In this document: piece by piece, positions 7,645 to 10,423 of the stretch
Layout of the letters: each line of letters begins with the position of its first letter
Position numbering within the stretch: position 1 is the stretch's first letter
Source of the DNA: Rhodothermales bacterium
Lineage (GTDB): Bacteria; Bacteroidota; Rhodothermia; Rhodothermales; VXPQ01
Direction: 5' to 3'
NCBI GenBank assembly: GCA_040904565.1
Contig: JBBDTI010000014.1
Span: 45,180 to 55,602, forward strand
Length of the DNA: 10,423 bases
Position numbers and translations under genes: made by a program
The notes under the pieces: generated by a model
Databases searched by the model: none
What the model saw: only the letters and a program-made list of their open reading frames with translations
What the model was told of the DNA's origin: nothing

Positions 7645-7700
7645 TATATAACTAATTACGTTATATAACAAACCTGATATATGACAAACTGATATTCGAC
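7645..7700 (+). promoter_or_regulatory. Candidate ArsR/SmtB operator region
   Basis: AT-rich patch in high-GC DNA. Perfect inverted repeat TATATAAC-N7-GTTATATA (7645-7667), plus related half-sites at 7662, 7678 and 7693, directly upstream of the arsR start. Confidence 0.7.
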
Positions 7701-7701
7701 T

Positions 7702-8109
7702 ATGCCCAATCGGGAGCTAACGGATCGAACCTGCATCCGCGTCGACGCTGATCCCGACAAGCTCGAGCATCTGCGCAAGAGCGTCATGGCGAATGACCGC
7801 CTCGTGGGGCTGGCCGCCTATATGTCGGCGGTCTCCAACGAAACGCGGCTGCGCATGCTTTACGTGCTCTGGGAAGCCGGCGAGCTGTGCGTCTGCGACC
7901 TCGCCGACATCTTCGGCATCAGCCAGCCGGCCGTCTCCCGGCATCTGAAAATTCTGCGGGAGAAAGCGCTGGTGGAGACGCGTCGTGACGCGCAGACTAT
8001 TTACTACCGCGTTTGCCGGGATAATCCGTTCGCGCAAATGCTCGTAGCCCTTTTCGAAGCGCAGGAGACGGATCGTATCACGCTCAATCTGAAGGATATC
8101 ACACAATGA
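7702..8109 (+). CDS. ArsR/SmtB-family metalloregulator heading the mer operon
   Basis: 135 aa with NETRLRML, ELCVCDLA (alpha3 metal-site motif), SQPAVSRHLKILR and RRDAQTIYY. ATGA overlap with the next gene (8106-8109). Confidence 0.92.
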   Translation: MPNRELTDRTCIRVDADPDKLEHLRKSVMANDRLVGLAAYMSAVSNETRLRMLYVLWEAGELCVCDLADIFGISQPAVSRHLKILREKALVETRRDAQTIYYRVCRDNPFAQMLVALFEAQETDRITLNLKDITQ

Positions 8110-8717
8110 ACACACCGGATGATCGCCCGACGAAAGTAGGCTTGCTGGCCGCCGTCGGCGCGGCCGTCGCCGCGTCGGTCTGCTGCATCGTACCGCTCGG
8201 ACTCGTATCGCTCGGCATCGGCGGCGCCTGGATCGGCACGCTTACGGCGCTCGAGCCGTTTCGACCGCTTTTCATCGCCACCGCCGTGGCAGCCCTAGGC
8301 TTCGCGGGGTATCACGAGTATCGCACCACGATGGCCCCTGATTGCGAGTGTGAGATCGGGATGCAGGATCGACTGCGCCGGTCGCTGCTCGTCGTTGGCA
8401 CCCTCGTCGTAGGCACGCTCATCGCCTCGCCGTGGCTCATCCAGGGTACGGCCTCGGCCGGGGAGCCGACGGTGGAGACGGTAGACGCAGCCGTCATGCA
8501 GGAAGTCGTTCTCGTTGTAGAAGGCATGACCTGTGCTAGCTGCAACATCACCGTCCGCAAGGCGCTCACGAATCTTGACGGCGTGCGCGAGGCCGAGGTC
8601 ACGTTCGAGCCCCCGCGGGCCGTCGTGCGCTTCGACGCCTCCAGGGTGAGCGTCGAGGAGCTGACGCGTGCCACGACCAACGTTGGTTATCCCTCAAGAC
8701 TGAAAACGTCCTCATGA
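8106..8717 (+). CDS. merTP: MerT-MerP fusion mercuric transporter
   Basis: 203 aa. TM1 AASVCCIVPL and GIGGAWIGTLTALEPFRPLF are MerT-like, followed by loop DCECE, a third TM helix and the HMA domain LVVEGMTCASC...TNVGYPS. Confidence 0.92.
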   Translation: MNTPDDRPTKVGLLAAVGAAVAASVCCIVPLGLVSLGIGGAWIGTLTALEPFRPLFIATAVAALGFAGYHEYRTTMAPDCECEIGMQDRLRRSLLVVGTLVVGTLIASPWLIQGTASAGEPTVETVDAAVMQEVVLVVEGMTCASCNITVRKALTNLDGVREAEVTFEPPRAVVRFDASRVSVEELTRATTNVGYPSRLKTSS

Positions 8718-10423
8718 AGTGGCCGAACTACCTTAAGAACAGGCTCGTCGTATTCGGCGGCCTGGGCACCGCGATCGCAGCGATCTGCTGCTTCACGCCG
8801 GTGCTGGTATGGGGCGCGGTAGCGCTTGGACTGGCGGGCATCGTGGCATATCTGGACTTCGTTCTGCTCCCTCTCCTCGCCGTCGCCCTCGTCGTCACGT
8901 ACGCGGGCATACGCCAGGTAAAGAAAGGTCACGGTGCCGGACGGAGCGAGGCGCCGTCGGTCCGCTCCACGCCCGCCACGCCATCCGGTAGTCCCGGCGA
9001 CGATCGGCAGGGCGAAGATCCTCCGTCAGAGACCTACGACCTCGTCGTGATCGGCGGTGGTTCGGCCGCGTTCGCGGCCGCTGTAAAGACGAGCGAGCTC
9101 GGCGGACGCGCCGTGATCGTCAACTCCGGTTTACCCATCGGAGGCACGTGCGTCAACGTCGGCTGCGTACCATCGAAAACGTTCGTCCGTGCGGGGGAGA
9201 GCGCCTACCGGGCCCGGCAGACGCCCTTCGACGGCATTCGGACGGAGGGCGGCGTGTCGGACTTCGGCGCCGTCAGCCGCCAGACGCAGGCGCTGGTACG
9301 ATCGCTGCGGCAGGAGAAATACGTGGACGTCGTCAGCGGCGACCCGAACGTAACGATCATAGAAGAACGGGCGCGCATCGAAGCGCCGCACGTCGTCGAG
9401 GTCAGCGGCCAACAGTTTCAGGCGCGCAATATATTGATCGCGACGGGCGCACGGACGTATGTTCCTGACATACCGGGACTCACCGACGCAGGCTATCTCA
9501 CGAACGAAGAGCTCTATTCGCTGGAGCGTCAGCCCGATCACCTGATCGTGCTGGGCGGGCGCTACGTCGCGCTCGAGAACGCGCAGGCGTTCGCTCGGCT
9601 CGGCAGCCGGGTCACCATCCTGCAGCGCTCCGACCGCATCCTGCCTTCTGAATCGGCAGATCTCACGGATGCGTTAACGATGTACCTCCGCGACGAGGGC
9701 ATCGAGGTTCGAACGGGCGTCACGACGCGGGCCGTCCGACGAGACGAAGGCGGTATCGTCGTCGAAATCGAAATGAACGGCGAAGAGCGGCTCGTCCGCG
9801 GCAGCCACCTCCTCCTGGCAACCGGACGGCAGGGCAACACGGACGATCTCGGGCTGGAAGCGCTCGGCATCGAGATAGGTCCACGCGGCTTTCTGCCCGT
9901 CGACGATGCACTAGGCACCGGCGCGGCGCACGTCTTCGGGGCTGGTGACGTAATCGGGGAGCCTATGTTCGTCTACACGGCAGCGTATGAGGGTGCGCTC
10001 GCCGCCCGGAACGCGATGGAAGACACGCAGGAAGCGCGAGATTACGCCGCGCTGCCATGGGTCGTCTTTACCGATCCCCAGCTGGCGGGCGTCGGACTCG
10101 ACGAGACGCAGGCCACGGAAGCGGGCATCGAGATCGACGTCGCCAAGATCTCGCTGGAGAACGTCCCCCGCAGTATCGCCGCGCGCGACACGCGGGGCTT
10201 CATCAAGCTGATACGCGACCGGGCCACCGACCGGCTCGTGGGTGCACGCATTCTCGCGCCGGAGGGCTCCGAGCTCCTCATGGAAGTCACGCTCGCCATC
10301 AAGCACGGCATCACGGTACGGGAGCTCACGGAATCGTTCCACCCCTACCTGACGCTCTCAGAAGGCATCAAGCTGGCCGCCATTTCCTTCAATAAAGACG
10401 TCAGGAAGCTGAGCTGCTGCGCG
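8714..10423 (+). CDS. merA: MerF-MerA fusion: mercuric reductase with N-terminal MerF membrane transporter (stop codon outside window)
   Basis: Hand translation from ATG 8714 is open for 570 codons to the window end. Residues 1-71 are MerF-like (GTAIAAICCFTPVLV...AYLDFVLLPLL), 72-107 are a linker. Then come YDLVVIGGGSAAFAAA, GGTCVNVGCVPSK (Cys codons 9149, 9164), RQEKY, GGRYVALE, ATGRQGN, AGDV, MFVYTAA, VVFTDPQ, FHPYLTLSEGIKLAA and the MerA-diagnostic terminus KLSCCA. Confidence 0.95.
   Translation, partial: MKWPNYLKNRLVVFGGLGTAIAAICCFTPVLVWGAVALGLAGIVAYLDFVLLPLLAVALVVTYAGIRQVKKGHGAGRSEAPSVRSTPATPSGSPGDDRQGEDPPSETYDLVVIGGGSAAFAAAVKTSELGGRAVIVNSGLPIGGTCVNVGCVPSKTFVRAGESAYRARQTPFDGIRTEGGVSDFGAVSRQTQALVRSLRQEKYVDVVSGDPNVTIIEERARIEAPHVVEVSGQQFQARNILIATGARTYVPDIPGLTDAGYLTNEELYSLERQPDHLIVLGGRYVALENAQAFARLGSRVTILQRSDRILPSESADLTDALTMYLRDEGIEVRTGVTTRAVRRDEGGIVVEIEMNGEERLVRGSHLLLATGRQGNTDDLGLEALGIEIGPRGFLPVDDALGTGAAHVFGAGDVIGEPMFVYTAAYEGALAARNAMEDTQEARDYAALPWVVFTDPQLAGVGLDETQATEAGIEIDVAKISLENVPRSIAARDTRGFIKLIRDRATDRLVGARILAPEGSELLMEVTLAIKHGITVRELTESFHPYLTLSEGIKLAAISFNKDVRKLSCCA

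Noticed and set aside
8687-10395. Short ORFs listed in the track over this region on both strands
   Set aside because: All are off-frame or antisense to the MerF-MerA frame, which carries all the diagnostic motifs.
9035-10423. Dihydrolipoamide dehydrogenase or glutathione reductase as alternative calls
   Set aside because: FHPYLT instead of HPTxxE, the C-terminal SCCA and the mer context identify MerA.
1-10423. Tn21/Tn501/Tn5053-type mer transposon, merB, merD, merE
   Set aside because: No transposase, resolvase, terminal inverted repeats or those genes were recognised in the window; they could lie beyond the right edge.

Overview
High-GC bacterial DNA, probably from the FCB group. A T9SS-type C-terminal domain plus high GC suggests Rhodothermota (inference). 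The window is a mercury/heavy-metal and thiol-redox locus. The left part holds a secreted DNRLRE-like protein, a thioredoxin-ccdA pair and an AhpD-like peroxidase-related gene. The middle holds a minus-strand cluster: Cys-rich thioredoxin-fold protein, exported HMA protein, outer-membrane beta-barrel, NHL lipoprotein and a three-Cys MerR regulator, preceded by a MerR-type dyad. A stand-alone DacZ-like diadenylate cyclase follows. The right part is a coupled arsR-merTP-mer(F+A) operon. The key observation is missing from the supplied ORF track because its stop codon lies outside the window. One uninterrupted frame from 8714 to the window end (570 codons, hand-translated) encodes a MerF Hg transporter fused by a 36-aa linker to an essentially complete mercuric reductase MerA, in the position where the NmerA metal-binding domain normally sits. 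No transposase, integrase, RNA gene or CRISPR array was recognised.
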